Assembly: GCA_964016885.1 (NCBI GenBank)
Contig: OZ024758.1
Location: 22,134,001-22,198,000 of the forward strand
Source: Eledone cirrhosa
Taxonomy: Eukaryota
DNA: 64,000 nucleotides
Direction: 5' to 3'
Under the pieces are notes generated by a model. The model was given only the letters and a program-made list of their open reading frames with translations, was not told the DNA's origin and made no database searches. The position numbers and the translations under genes were made by a program. Positions 1 through 16,900 of this stretch are shown piece after piece (position 1 is the stretch's first letter; every line of letters starts with the position of its first letter).

Positions 1-140
1 CAAGTTGATAATCCTCTTTAGGTGAAATGCCTCTTAAGAAATATGGTTTGGTAATTTCTTTTAAATAAACTCTCACTCACTCTCTCTCTATATATATATC
101 TGTGTGTGTGTGTGTGCATATATATATATATGTATATATT

Positions 141-425
141 ATGTCGGGTCGCTCTTCAGCGCTACTGGTAACATGTAACCCAGTAGAACCTGTGCATGGC
201 TGGGTCATCAGCGACTAAACCGGCAACACCACCAAGCTAATTTGAGGAGGAGGGTGATTTTGGGTTCAAGCACAGGCATCGCTTGATATGTGACATTTTT
301 TGCGATGCATGATATTGTTGGCCATAGGCAAGTCCCTAGCAGGACTACGGAGCCACGTCTGTCATGCTCATGCTTGCTTAAGTATCAAGTGATGGCATTT
401 CTCATAATCGAGTTGCAGCCATCAT
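141..425 (+). mobile_element. Shorter relative of the 610-bp element
   Basis: Shares the 5' leader (GCTACTGGTAACATGTA..CCAGTA.AACCTG...GCGACTAAAC.GGCAAC) and the 3' tail (CGAGTTG.CAGCCA.CATATATG) but has a different middle. Confidence 0.6.
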
Positions 426-484
426 ATATGTATATATAAATATAGACACACATATATCGTCATCGTCATCTATGAATATGTATG

Positions 485-1030
485 AAACCATGGTCAATGC
501 CAACAGGGCAAAAGAAGCAGTTTTAAGATGTAAACTTCTCGTAGGATCCTCTACAGCCAACTAAAATCTCTACATGCTTTGATGTCGAAAGAATCAGTTT
601 TAGGACATACACTTCACATAGTATCTACTTAGGCCACGTTTTAGAGTATATACTTCCTATAGTATCTCCTACGGCCACATAAACATTGGTCAATGCCCAG
701 CTTGAGGGCGTATATGTCCTATAGGATCTACTGCAAGATAAACCTTGGTCAATGCCAGGTTAAAGGGTTAAAGTAACGGCGTATACATCCCATAGGATCT
801 CATACCTTGGTCAATGCCTGGCTTGAGGGCGTATACGTCCCATAGGATCTACTGCAAAACCTGGTTGGAGGGCAGTGTCTGCTGAGAGGGCGAAAGGGTG
901 AGCTTCTGGTTGCATCCTCTACAGCCAGGTAAACCATATGAGAGGGCGATTGAAGCGGAGGGCTAAAGTAATGGATTTCCTACAAGTAGTGTTAGGGCAT
1001 ACACTTCACATAGTATCTCCTAGGGCCAGG
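485..1030. repeat. Degenerate tandem repeat
   Basis: Recurring blocks CCTTGGTCAATGCC...GAGGGCGTATAC.TCCCATAGGATCT at irregular spacing. Confidence 0.7.
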
Positions 1031-2679
1031 AGATAGTATCTCGGCCGAATAGACACTGGTCAGAAGGCGAAAGAAGCACGTCACTAATGTAGCTGGACTG
1101 TCGTCTATACAGTTCATTTACATACTTAGTTTCTTTTTTCGACACTTTGTATATATAAGGCAGACCACTCTTAGTGTTATTGGAAGAGTTACCTCCCTCT
1201 CCAAAACGTATTATAGTAAAATAGTAAAACAACTCGTATATAAAATGTACAAATTTCTTTATTCTTGACGGCAAATACCCATGTTTTTTCGTCGAAATAA
1301 ACTGAACACAATTCATATATATGTAAACTTTTTATTAATAGACACTTCACTTTTCAGGAGACTTTGCCATATGATATTTTCACAAAACATTCAGTGGTTA
1401 CATCTGTAAAAAGAGAAAAAAATGAAATAAAAAATATTAAACTTCATAAATTCTTCCGTATATATACATTTAAATACAGAATAGAGAAAACCTGTTCCTA
1501 CGTTGCTTACACGATGCAGTCCCCATCGAGCTGTGCATGAGGTCGAGCGAAAACATGTCAGACGGTGAAACCGACTTTGATGTGCTGCTTCTATGTTACG
1601 TAGGTTAAAAGTTAAAGCGATATTGGATCTAGTTAACAATGGTGATATCTAAAAAAAGAATTCATTCAAAATTTAATGGCCAAAGCTAGACATCTCAAAA
1701 TATTCTGGTTAATATAAGTAACCAACATCATCTTGAAGTCACATAGACTCTGTTAGCTATATGAGTGGCGTGAGATTGCTAAGTGGGTCTGGGACTGCCT
1801 GATAATAAGCAGAATATAGCAACCAACATCAGGTTTAAGGGTGGAAGACAAGACCAAAGGAGATACTGCCAAGTCACTTCTACCATGTTAAAGCTGAGTG
1901 TTCAGCAGTTTTCCAACGAAGCTCAGAACCAAATATTTTGTTTCTGTTTGTATAAACTAACATATTTAATATGGAAAATCTCACACAATGTCATGAAAAG
2001 ATATTGACATTAAATAAATGTTTGAGAAGTATCAAAACAAACTCTATTAAAGGGAACGGGAAAGAAATAGGGATAAGGCAACAAACAACAGGGAGTGTGG
2101 GGAACAGATTAAACCGGAAAGGCGTTACCGAGGAGAATGGCCACTGATATCCCAATATAGCTATTACTCTTTTGATGATTTCCATCCACTTTCCCACATT
2201 CGGGGAAAGTCGTGGGAACATGCATAGCTCGAGTTGTATTCCTCTAACGAAGAATCCAGTTATTCAAACAAAAGTCATTCAGAGGGTTGTGACACATCAC
2301 AACACCGAGACCCTTCAACACATCTAAGGTGACATCCCAACGGCTGGCTGCACCCCAGCTGTACCAATGACACACCTAGTGTGACACCTGTGACAGGAAC
2401 ATGACATAGAAAGTCCTCCAAAACGAATTTATAAGAAAACACGAGGTTATTATGAAGGAAACTAGGAATATATTATTTAGCAACTTAAATAATATGAAGA
2501 ATGCACTAAATTCAATTTCATGTGACCGAAGAGGGTTTTTGGCCTTCATAAATGTCCCAGCAAGGCCACAGGTAAGAGAGTAAGACTATGTATATACACA
2601 CAATACTTGTATGTATAGATAAACATAGGTATATATATATACATATATATACATATATATACCTATATATATATATACC

Positions 2680-3288
2680 TATGTCGGAATTTATCAGCTC
2701 GTCCCAGGTTTTCCTGGGTCTGCCTACTCCGTGGCTACCATCTATCTTTATTGCCCTGCACTTTGTTATACAGCTGTCGTCTTTCATGCGCATCACGTGA
2801 CCATACCAACGTAGCCTTCTCTCAAGTAAACAACATCTGATCCCTCTTATTTCTAATTTTTTCCTTAGTTCGTTTATGCTTTGCCGTTCACGTATATTAC
2901 TGTTACACATCCAGCGGAGCATGCAAGCTTCGTTCCTCTCTAGTCTGCGTATATCCTCTGCACACAATGCCCAGGTCTCACTGCCATGCAACATTGCTGT
3001 TCGTATGCAGGCATCATACAACCTGCCTTTCATTTTTAGGGAGAACCCTTTAGCGGCTAATAGTGGTATAAGCTCTCTGAACTATTTCCATCCAGTTCTG
3101 ACTCTAGCTACTGTACTTTCAGAGCACCCTGCCCCACTGCTGATTTTGTCACCCAGGTAACGGAAGCTGTCCACTATTTCTATAGAACCCTCCGCGCAAT
3201 TGAAAGAGTTAGTATTTTGTGGGCACTTGCTGCTACTTATTGCACCAGAGCTGCTACTTATTGCACCAGAGCACCGGCCACATGTAAA

Positions 3289-3290
<2 letters not shown>
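2680..3290 (-). mobile_element. RTE-clade LINE 3' ORF relic
   Basis: [49 protein letters not shown]...RRLRWYGHVMRM...GRPRKTW. It has one in-frame stop and a 21-nt tandem duplication near 3230-3271, and is bounded by TA repeats. Confidence 0.85.
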
Positions 3291-7143
<3,853 letters not shown>

Positions 7144-7458
7144 CAATGCTGCTAATTTTAGTGGCAATTCGACATGTTTATAATATGCTTTTATCAGCGA
7201 CCTGATTATGCGTGTGTGTCATTTTAACGGCTTGACTGCATGCGTTGGGCAGGGAGCATAATATTTACTTGCTATAAGGCTTGATACCTTATGGCGTGGA
7301 AATAGGACTGTCTGAAGATTCATTTCTTTCCATTGGAAATTCGTAGGATTTTCAATCTTTCGAAATGATGAAACCGTTGGTAACAGCGTCTGAACAGGTG
7401 ATTATTTAATCATTTTTTAATTTATTTAGAAAATTGTTTAATAACCGCTTACTTCGCT

Positions 7459-7495
<37 letters not shown>

Positions 7496-7497
7496 TG

Positions 7498-7548
7498 AGA
7501 TTCTACAGGACTAGAACTGTTTCATTCTTTAGAAATCATCAGGAATCT
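7498..7548 (-). ncRNA. Type I hammerhead ribozyme motif (inverted copy)
   Basis: Reverse complement of the 8764-8814 motif. Confidence 0.72.
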
Positions 7549-8026
7549 GGGTATAAAAAAATAAGTATGGTATTTATAGGTCTCTACAAGTGGTAGGAGA
7601 GGGTGGGGAGTGAGATGGGTGTAGGTCATTGGTTGATAGAAAAGGGAATTCATTAAAAGCTAATTCTACAAAGCTATAATTTATTTTTAGAGTAACAAAG
7701 GCAGAAAGAATTCTATAAACAGGTTCAGGATGGCATACCATTCCTTGTCATTAAGTTTCTCTTAAGCTAACAGATGTCTATAAGATCAGTGGGGGGTCAG
7801 TCATGGTAGATAGATTTAAAGGAAAGGGAGATTCTTTAAAAGCTAAATTCTTTTAGGTTCTACTAAGTGACAAAGGTTTAGAGAATTCTGTAGACAAATT
7901 CAAAATATTGAGTGCATATCTTACAATTATCTTCAAATTTCTCTTAAACTATTCAACTATATGCCAAAAATCAAGACACATTCACAAAACACTCACTCAC
8001 ACACTCGCGCGCACCCATAAACACAC

Positions 8027-8065
<39 letters not shown>

Positions 8066-8076
8066 CACACATACAT

Positions 8077-8115
<39 letters not shown>

Positions 8116-8305
8116 CACACACATACACCATACATATATATACACACATACACCATACATATAATATACACATGTACACATATATATACACACACACACA
8201 TATATATATATACACATATACACACATATATATATATATATATATATACATACACACATACACATATACATGTATATATATATATACACATATACACACA
8301 TACAT

Positions 8306-8350
<45 letters not shown>

Positions 8351-8501
8351 TATATATACATATATATATAAAAATATATATATATACATATATATACACA
8401 TACATACACACACATATATATATATATATACACACATACACACACACACATATATACACACAAATATACACGCACATACGTATACATAAATTTAAAAAAA
8501 A

Positions 8502-8532
<31 letters not shown>

Positions 8533-8763
8533 TACATACATATACACATATATATACACATAAATATACATATATATATATATATGTATATATATATACA
8601 CATATACACACATACATATAAATAAAAATAAACTATAGCTTTGTAGAATTAGCTTTTAATGAATTCCCTTTTCTATCAACCAATGACCTACACCCATCCC
8701 ACTCCCCACCCTCTCCTACCACTTGTAGCGACCTATAAATACCATACTTATTTTTTGATACCC

Positions 8764-8814
8764 AGATTCCTGATGATTTCTAAAGAATGAAACAGTTCTA
8801 GTCCTGTAGAATCT
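8764..8814 (+). ncRNA. Type I hammerhead ribozyme motif in a pLTR-like repeat
   Basis: AGATTC-CTGATGA-T TTC TAAA GAA T-GAAA-CAG TTCTAGTC CTG-TA-GAATCT: 6-bp stem I, conserved core, short stem II, stem III and a GUA cleavage triplet. Confidence 0.72.
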
Positions 8815-9001
8815 TATCTATATTAAAACTTTTATACTCTGCTATGTATTGAGTACCTTACTTACTGTGGTTACCTCCGATTCAACCCGGAATAACGTAT
8901 ATATATATATATATATATACATACATGTATACAAAATAGAGGAGGCAATTGTACAGTTGTATAAACAATGTATATATATATATATATATACAACTATGTT
9001 C

Positions 9002-9040
<39 letters not shown>

Positions 9041-9310
9041 AAGAAGTGTGTGTATATTTATAATTAAATACTACAGCACGTGGTTGGTGTGGCAGTAGCT
9101 AAACAAAATTGTTTAAATAATTATTGCTGACATTTTGGGGGGAAATAAACATAAAATGTTTTAATAAAAAGCTTTAGCATAAAATAAAGCTTTATTTTAC
9201 CTCCGTAAAATTAGTAAAATCCAAGTTTTTAACATTTTTTATTCAGGTTGGAAAACACGGAGTTCTTCGAGCGGCTATTTTATTTTTTCTAAACAGAGTT
9301 ACTCCAAGTA

Positions 9311-9351
9311 ACGCATGCGCAAAAGCAATTATACATCAAAGCGCATGCGCA
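9311..9351. promoter_or_regulatory. Paired NRF1/Ewg-type motifs
   Basis: ACGCATGCGCA (9311-9321) and GCGCATGCGCA (9341-9351) in a locally CpG-retaining, non-repeat segment. Confidence 0.5.
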
Positions 9352-10916
9352 CGTTATTTCTGTAAAGTTACATGGTTTAGTGGTTTAAGCGTTGGGCTTT
9401 ACAATCGTGAGGTTGAGTTCTTGAACAAGACACTTTATTTCATGTTGCTCCAGATCACTCAACAGTAAAAATGAGGTAACTGGTATGTATAAATATGAAT
9501 GTATATACATATCTGGTGATATATTCATCTTTGCAGATGATTGCCAGCTCCCTATATTACAGAAACATACACACACACATATGTAATACAGAGTACCTGA
9601 CCTCCCATGGGTACAAGCTGAAGCATATAGACAATATGCCCCCACACTCTCCCACTGCAAGGTGGTCGTAGAGGTGCCACGGCAAAAAAGCACCCAGCCC
9701 ACACTGTAAAGTGGATATGTAGGCGCCACGGAAAAAGCACCCAGCACTCACTGTAAATGAGGTTGGTGTTAAGAAGGGCATCCAGCTGTAGAAATCAAGC
9801 CAAATCAGTTCCTGTATGAGCAAGGCATGGTCAGCCGACCAGACACTGCCCACAACAGGACAACCCGTCTAACCCATGCTAGCGTGGAAGAACGGACGTA
9901 AAACGGTGATGATGATGATGATGATATGTGTAACAAAAAAAAAATAACTCAACAAAAGTATTATAAAATATTTACTTTAAATTCAAAATGTAGAAACCAG
10001 TAAATGCTTTCTGTAGAGTTCTTGGTGTTTTATTTAGATTCAGTTACCAAAAATATAGTGACTCTCACTCAAGAGGTGTTCAGAGTTCCACATCAATTTT
10101 CATAATCTTACCTATGGTGCTACAAAGAAAACACCAACCACAACAGCTAACCCTTGTAAAGAGTAACCACTAGCTTTCAAATCAACTCTTTAGTTACCAG
10201 ATTTTTAATGAACTTCACTGCCTAGGTTTTTTAAAATAACTTTCTTAAATAAAAAAAATTTTAAAAATTGGAGGTATTTAGTAAAATTGCTAACTTTCTC
10301 AGTATTAAACCCTTTAGCATTTAAACAAGGCCAGAACTCTCTCACCTCTTTCTCTTCAAACCGACTGTAACTGGCTACTCATACTGATGTTAAAAATCTC
10401 ATAGATTCAATATTATGTGAAGTAAAGCCTTTACTATGAAAATACAATAGAAAATGTAGAGTAATGTAAATGGTAAAGGGTTAAGTTAGTACATCGAACA
10501 TAAGAAAAAATTATAGTTTAAATAAACATTTCTGATGTTCAGGTATTGTTCTCAAAATAAATAATATCAAAATCTCATAGCTTTGATATTATGTGAAGAA
10601 AAGCCTTTACCATGAAAATATAATAGTAAATATAGAGTAATGTAAATGGTAAAGGGTTAAACCAGCCATATCTGGCCAAAATTCTCTCACCTCTTTCTGT
10701 TCAAACTGGCCACACATAATGATGTTAAGGTATTGTTCTCAAAATAAATAACATCAAAATCTCATAGCTTTGATATTATGTGAGGTAAAGACTTTACCAT
10801 GGAAATACAATAGTATTTATAGAGTAATGTAAATGCTAAAGGGTTAACTAAAGTTGATGGCTTTCTGGAAGTTTTACATTTCAATATTTTAACACAAACA
10901 CCATCTAACAATTCCT

Positions 10917-13900
10917 TCATGAGTGCTTCTGTCTTTTCCAAAAGCGTTTCACTTCATCATGACCGTTACGAGCTACAACCATAACCCGTTTGCTTGGTTT
11001 GTCCCAGACTAATACACCAAGATCCTGTAAAACAATATTGAGATGAATAAATGAAGTTTCATATAAACAAGAAAAAAAATATCCAAAAATTCATAATATA
11101 ATTAAGCTATATATATATATATATATGGAGGCACATGGCTTAGTGGTTAGAGCATTGGCCTTGCAATCGAAAGGTTGTGAGTTCAATTCTCAGACCGGGT
11201 GATGTGTTGTTTCCTTGAGCAAGACACTTTATTTCACATTGCTCCAGTTTACTCAGCTGTAGAAATGAGATGATAGGGACTGGGGTCCCTATCATTCCAC
11301 TGCAAAGTGGACGTGTAGGTGCCACGGCAAAAAAGCACCCAGCACTCACTGTAAATGAGGTTGGTGTTAGGAAGGGCATCCAGCTGTAGAAATCAAGCCA
11401 GAATCAGTTCCCGTCTCACTCTTGCAAGCAGGGAAAAGCAGACGTAAAATGAAATGAAAATATATATATATATATATATATTGGAAAATGTGTGAAATCC
11501 TTGGTACAGTTAGGTATATTTGAAAAAGGGAAAAGAATGACTTCACTTGTAGTTCTAAACAATTTGATTTAATTTTATATTATGAGTTACTAGATCTACC
11601 AACTCATCTATATATATAAAATTAAATCAAATTGTTTAGAACTACAAGTGAAGTCATTCTTTTCCCTTTTTTTTATATATATATCATCATATATATACAT
11701 GGTAATGATGGGGGAGGGGGGTATTACTATAAATTAGGGATAACATGGGAGGTGGGGGATATATAAGAACAAAGTAGGGAAACGTGGGGGGATATACAAG
11801 AACAGAGTAGGGAAACGTGGGGGGATATACAAGAACAGAGTAGGGAAACGTGGGGGGATATACAAGAACAGAGTAGGGAAACGTGGGGGGATATACAAGA
11901 ACAGAGTAGGGAAACGTGGGGGGATATACAAGAACACAGTAGGGAAACATGGGGGGATATACAAGAACACAGTAGGGAAATGTGGGGGGATATACAAGAA
12001 CACAGTAGGGAAATGTGGGGGGATATATAAGAACACAGTGGGGAAATGTGGGGGGATATATAAGAACACAGTAGGGAAATGTGGGGGGATATATAAGAAC
12101 ACAGTAGGGAAACGTGGGGGGATATACAAGAACACAGTAGGGAAATGTGGGGGGATATACAAGAACACAGTAGGGAAATGTGGGGGGATATACAAGAACA
12201 CAGGGAAACATGGGGGGATATACAAGAACACAGTAGGGAAATGTGGGAGGATATACAAGAACACAGTAGGGAAACGTGGGGGATATACAAGAACAGAGTA
12301 GGGAAACGTGGGGGGATATACAAGAACAGAGTAGGGAAATGTGGGGGGGATATACAAGAACACAGTAGGGAAATGTGGGGGGATATACAAGAACACAGTA
12401 GGGAAATGTGGGGGGATATACAAGAACACAGTAGGGAAACATGGGGGGATATACAAGAACACAGTAGGGAAATGTGGGGGGATATACAAGAACACAGTAG
12501 GGAAACATGGGGGGATATACAAGAACACAGTAGGGAAATGTGGGGGGATATACAAGAACACAGTAGGGAAATGTGGGGGGATATATAAGAACACAGTGGG
12601 GAAATGTGGGGGGATATATAAGAACACAGTAGGGAAATGTGGGGGGATATACAAGAACACAGTAGGGAAATGTGGGGGATATACAAGAACACAGTAGGGA
12701 AATGTGGGGGGATATACAAGAACACAGTAGGGAAATGTGGGGGGATATATAAGAACACAGTAGGGAAATGTGGGGGGATATACAAGAACACAGTAGGGAA
12801 ACATGGGGGGATATACAAGAACACAGTAGGGAAATGTGGGGGATATACAAGAACACAGTAGGGAAATGTGGGGGGATATACAAGAACACAGTAGGGAAAC
12901 ATGGGGGGATATACAAGAACACAGTAGGGAAATGTGGGGGGATATACAAGAACACAGTAGGGAAATGTGGGGGGATATATAAGAACACAGTAGGGAAACG
13001 TGGGGGGATATACAAGAACACAGTAGGGAAATGTGGGGGGATATATAAGAACAGAGTAGGGAAACGTGGGGGGATATATAAGAACACAGTAGGGAAACGT
13101 GGGGGGATATACAAGAACACAGTAGGGAAACGTGGGGGGGGGGAATATATAAGAACAGAGTAGGGAAACGTGGGGGGATATATAAGAACAGAGTAGGGAA
13201 ACGTGGGGGGGAGATATATAAGAACAGAGTAGGGAAACGTGGGGGGATATATAAGAACAGAGTAGGGAAACGTGGGGGGGAGATATATAAGAACAGAGTA
13301 GGGAAACGTGGGGGGGAGATATATAAGAACAGAGTATGGAAACGTGGGGGGATATATAAGAACAGAGTAGGGAAACGTGGGGGGATATATAAGAACAGAG
13401 TATGGAAACGTGGGGGGATATACAAGAACACAGTAGGGAAACGTGGGGGGGGGGGGGATATATAAGAACAGAGTAGGGAAACGTGGGGGGATATATAAGA
13501 ACAGAGTAGGGAAACGTGGGGGGGATATATAAGAACAGAGTAGGGAAATGTGGGGGGGGGGAATATATAAGAACAGAGTAGGGAAACGTGGGGGGATATA
13601 TAAGAACAGAGTAGGGAAACGTGGGGGGGATATATATAAGAACAGAGTAGGGAAACGTGGGGGGATATATAAGAACACAGTAGGGAAACGTGGGGGGATA
13701 TACAAGAACACAGTAGGGAAACGTGGGGGGGGGGGATATATAAGAACAGAGTAGGGAAACGTGGGGGGATATATAAGAACAGAGTAGGGAAACGTGGGGG
13801 GGATATATAAGAACAGAGTAGGGAAACGTGGGGGGGATATATAAGAACAGAGTAGGGAAACATGGGGGGGGGGGATATATAAGAACAGAGTAGGGAAAAT

Positions 13901-16900
13901 ATGGGAGGTGGAGGATGATTATGGAAGAACAGATTTAGAAATCTTGATTTACCTGAGCATAATCACGGAGAAGTTCAAAGTCACTCTGAGAGAGAAACTG
14001 GTTATAAATTACTCCATCTGTGAATTTAAATCTGTCTCTTTCTAACTCCCACAAGTGTATCTGGTCGGTGACTGTCGGTGGAATTATTGGCATCTGAAAC
14101 AGCAATAAAAATGTACAAGTAATAACATTCTCTGGCAACAACTAAAGTGAAATAATTACCAAAATTATTCAAACCGGCTATATCCGACCATTATTCTCTT
14201 ACTCTTTTCTGTACAAACCCGGCAGATGTTAAGAACAATACCTTAACATCATTATGAGTGGCTGGTTACAGCCGGTTTCGACAGAAAGGGTTAAATATTT
14301 ACACAAAATAACAAAAACATGATGATGATCATCATCACCAGTTAACACCAATTTTCCAAGCTAGCATGGGTTAGACGTGCTGTCCCGTTGTGAGACAGCC
14401 AGCTCAGAGGACTGTGTTTTTCTCACACAGAACTGATCGGGGCTTAGTTTCTACAGCTAGATGATTAGTTAGTATAATTTAATTAATTAATGATGTACCT
14501 TCTCTAGCATCTTTTCATGTGCGTGGCTTCTTAGGAAGTGGATTATCTGTGAAATAAAACAGATGACATATAATAATAATGGTTTCTGATTTAGGCAAAA
14601 AGTCAATTAAATCAACCCCAATACATTACTGGTACTTTATTTTACTGACACCCCGTAAGGATGACAGACAAAGCTAACATCAGCAGGATTTAAACTCTGA
14701 GTGTAACTCTATGCTGCAAAGCATGGTTTAATTAAGGAAGAATTACTTAAGATGACCATTGCGGCCATTAATTAAGGAAGAATTACTTAATGTAAGGTTC
14801 TTTTATAAAACTATGTTGGATGATTTTATTTTAAATTGGAAACCTTTAAAATGGGATAGTTTTATTTCATACAACAGGAGTCAGGTTGGTAACTAAAGGT
14901 TATTACATAAGATTTTAATTTAGATTGGAAACTTTTAAAACAGATAGTTATATTTCATAGAACCAGAGCCAGTTTTGACCGGGTTGGTAACGAAAGGTTT
15001 AAAGAAGATTGAAGCTTAAAGACCATAAGGAGGTCAGCAACAATAAACAAATTAGAAAAACATGAGGTTGAACTCACCTGTTCTGCTGAAATGCCACAAC
15101 TCAATGCTGAGCGTATACTGTCTCTTGTGATCTGACCCACGACCATATTTGGAAACCTGTTGCCCCACAAATAGAATAAATAAATGAAAATATACAAATT
15201 TATGAATAAATTAAATCAAATATATTAAATATGTAAATAAAGGTTACAACCCATGCACGCAAGGAAAAAAACAGGCATAAAAATGATGATGATGAAATAA
15301 CCATAAATTTAAGATTTTTTTTCCATTTCTTTACAATGTTTAATGTCAACATTAACATATTTTGTAAAAATCTAATTACTATGTACCACGAAAAACATGG
15401 TGGTGAGAGCTGACCTCAGATCGCTGAAGCTTATAGAGGAGTTGATGAAGGACCGTGACAAATAGAGAGATCCTGTGCTGAAGAGGACCCACCCTTGCAA
15501 GTAGGGAAAAGTGGATGTAAAATGATGATGGTATAGACATATATATATATATGCCTCTCCTAACCAAATATACACCCCAAACCACTATCCCTACGCCATC
15601 CTCCCACCAACACCACCCTTTCTCTGTAAAGTTATGTTGATACCACAACATCCAGTCCAAACTAAAGTGGTCGTGTAGGTGTCACAACAAAAAAAACACA
15701 CAGTCCACACTGTAATGTGGCTGTGTGGGAAACACGTTCAAAAGGCTCCCAGTCCACACTTTAAATGTGGTTGGTGTTAAGAAGGGCATCCAGTCGTAGA
15801 AAACCTGCCAGATACAGTTCTATACAAGCGAGACATGGTCACCTGATCAATCTTGCCTCAAGTGGGACTATTCCGGTCTAACCCATGCTAGTGTGGAAGA
15901 CAGATGTTAAACGATGATGATGATATATATATATCTTACCTGTAAATCATCTCAGTGAACAGAGCCAATAAGGCTATCTGGAGCTGAGAATCTGAAAAGG
16001 AAGAGAAATAAAAATACACTGAAATAGATTCTGAATGAAACAAATAATAAACAAATCATAATGACCGACTGGAGGGAGTGTTTGAAAACTCTGCCCCCAC
16101 GACCCTCTCAGGAATAAGTGGGCGAAAAAGAAGAAGATTCTAATAGCTCTAAGTTCCCCCAGAAGAAAATGATCAAAGAAACTTACCTGTGTATGCATAA
16201 ACCCTATAATTTGTTTCTACCACAATAAAACCTTGTCTGATTGCGTTGTAAGAGACATGAGATAATCCAGTAGCTAGGTTAATGGCAAGTTTAGTAGGGT
16301 AATATCTCTGAGATTTTCTCTGAAACAATAGTAAAATCAAAAACAACTATTACAAACAAATGGTGTTCATTTTTTTTTTAAAGGGCAGTGGATTGGTATT
16401 ATCGGTAAAGAGTAACTGTGTGCCACAAACAACATGGTTTGTGACACACAGTTACCCTTCTGTGATACCCTTAAACCAACAACTTTTCAGCACCCCAGTA
16501 TATATATATACTTCAATTAATGACCAGATCTACCTATTAGTTAAACCATCCAACATAAACAGAACAGTATATATACATGATACAATACTGGTTCTTTGTT
16601 CCAATTTATTATTATTGATACTCTGCACCCCAAGAATATCGAGTGTTCATCTTGGCATACCACCTACGGATGCAATTCATTTCTACCTCTACAACCTGAT
16701 TAGGTCCTACACTAGTTGAGCGCTTATATGGATTGCCATAGAGAAGTTTCAGAACAGGTCCTTACTGAAAGTCATCCCGATCCAATCTAACTACACTTAA
16801 ATCCGTCTGATTATTCAAAAATATGTAATTAAATATGTATATGATGCAATACTGATTCTTTGTACCCATTAATCCATTAATTATTATTATTATATATACA

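Larger units (their letters stand above)
7490..8898. mobile_element. Inverted pair of hammerhead-bearing pLTR-like repeats (locus 1)
   Basis: Minus copy at about 7490-8030 and plus copy at about 8620-8898, separated by a TA/CA microsatellite. Highly similar to 28753-29862. Confidence 0.7.

Noticed and set aside
1020-2500. Short ORFs in unique-looking sequence
   Set aside because: No recognisable motifs, and I could not build a consistent splice chain.
11127-11200. tRNA-like sequence with A and B boxes
   Set aside because: It is the head of a multi-copy SINE and runs into CORE and tail segments; there is no intact cloverleaf.
11687-13863. ORFs of 391-709 aa with repeating peptides, and a superficially CRISPR-like array
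   Set aside because: They come from a 33-bp tandem minisatellite with no unique spacers, in a eukaryotic intron with no cas genes.
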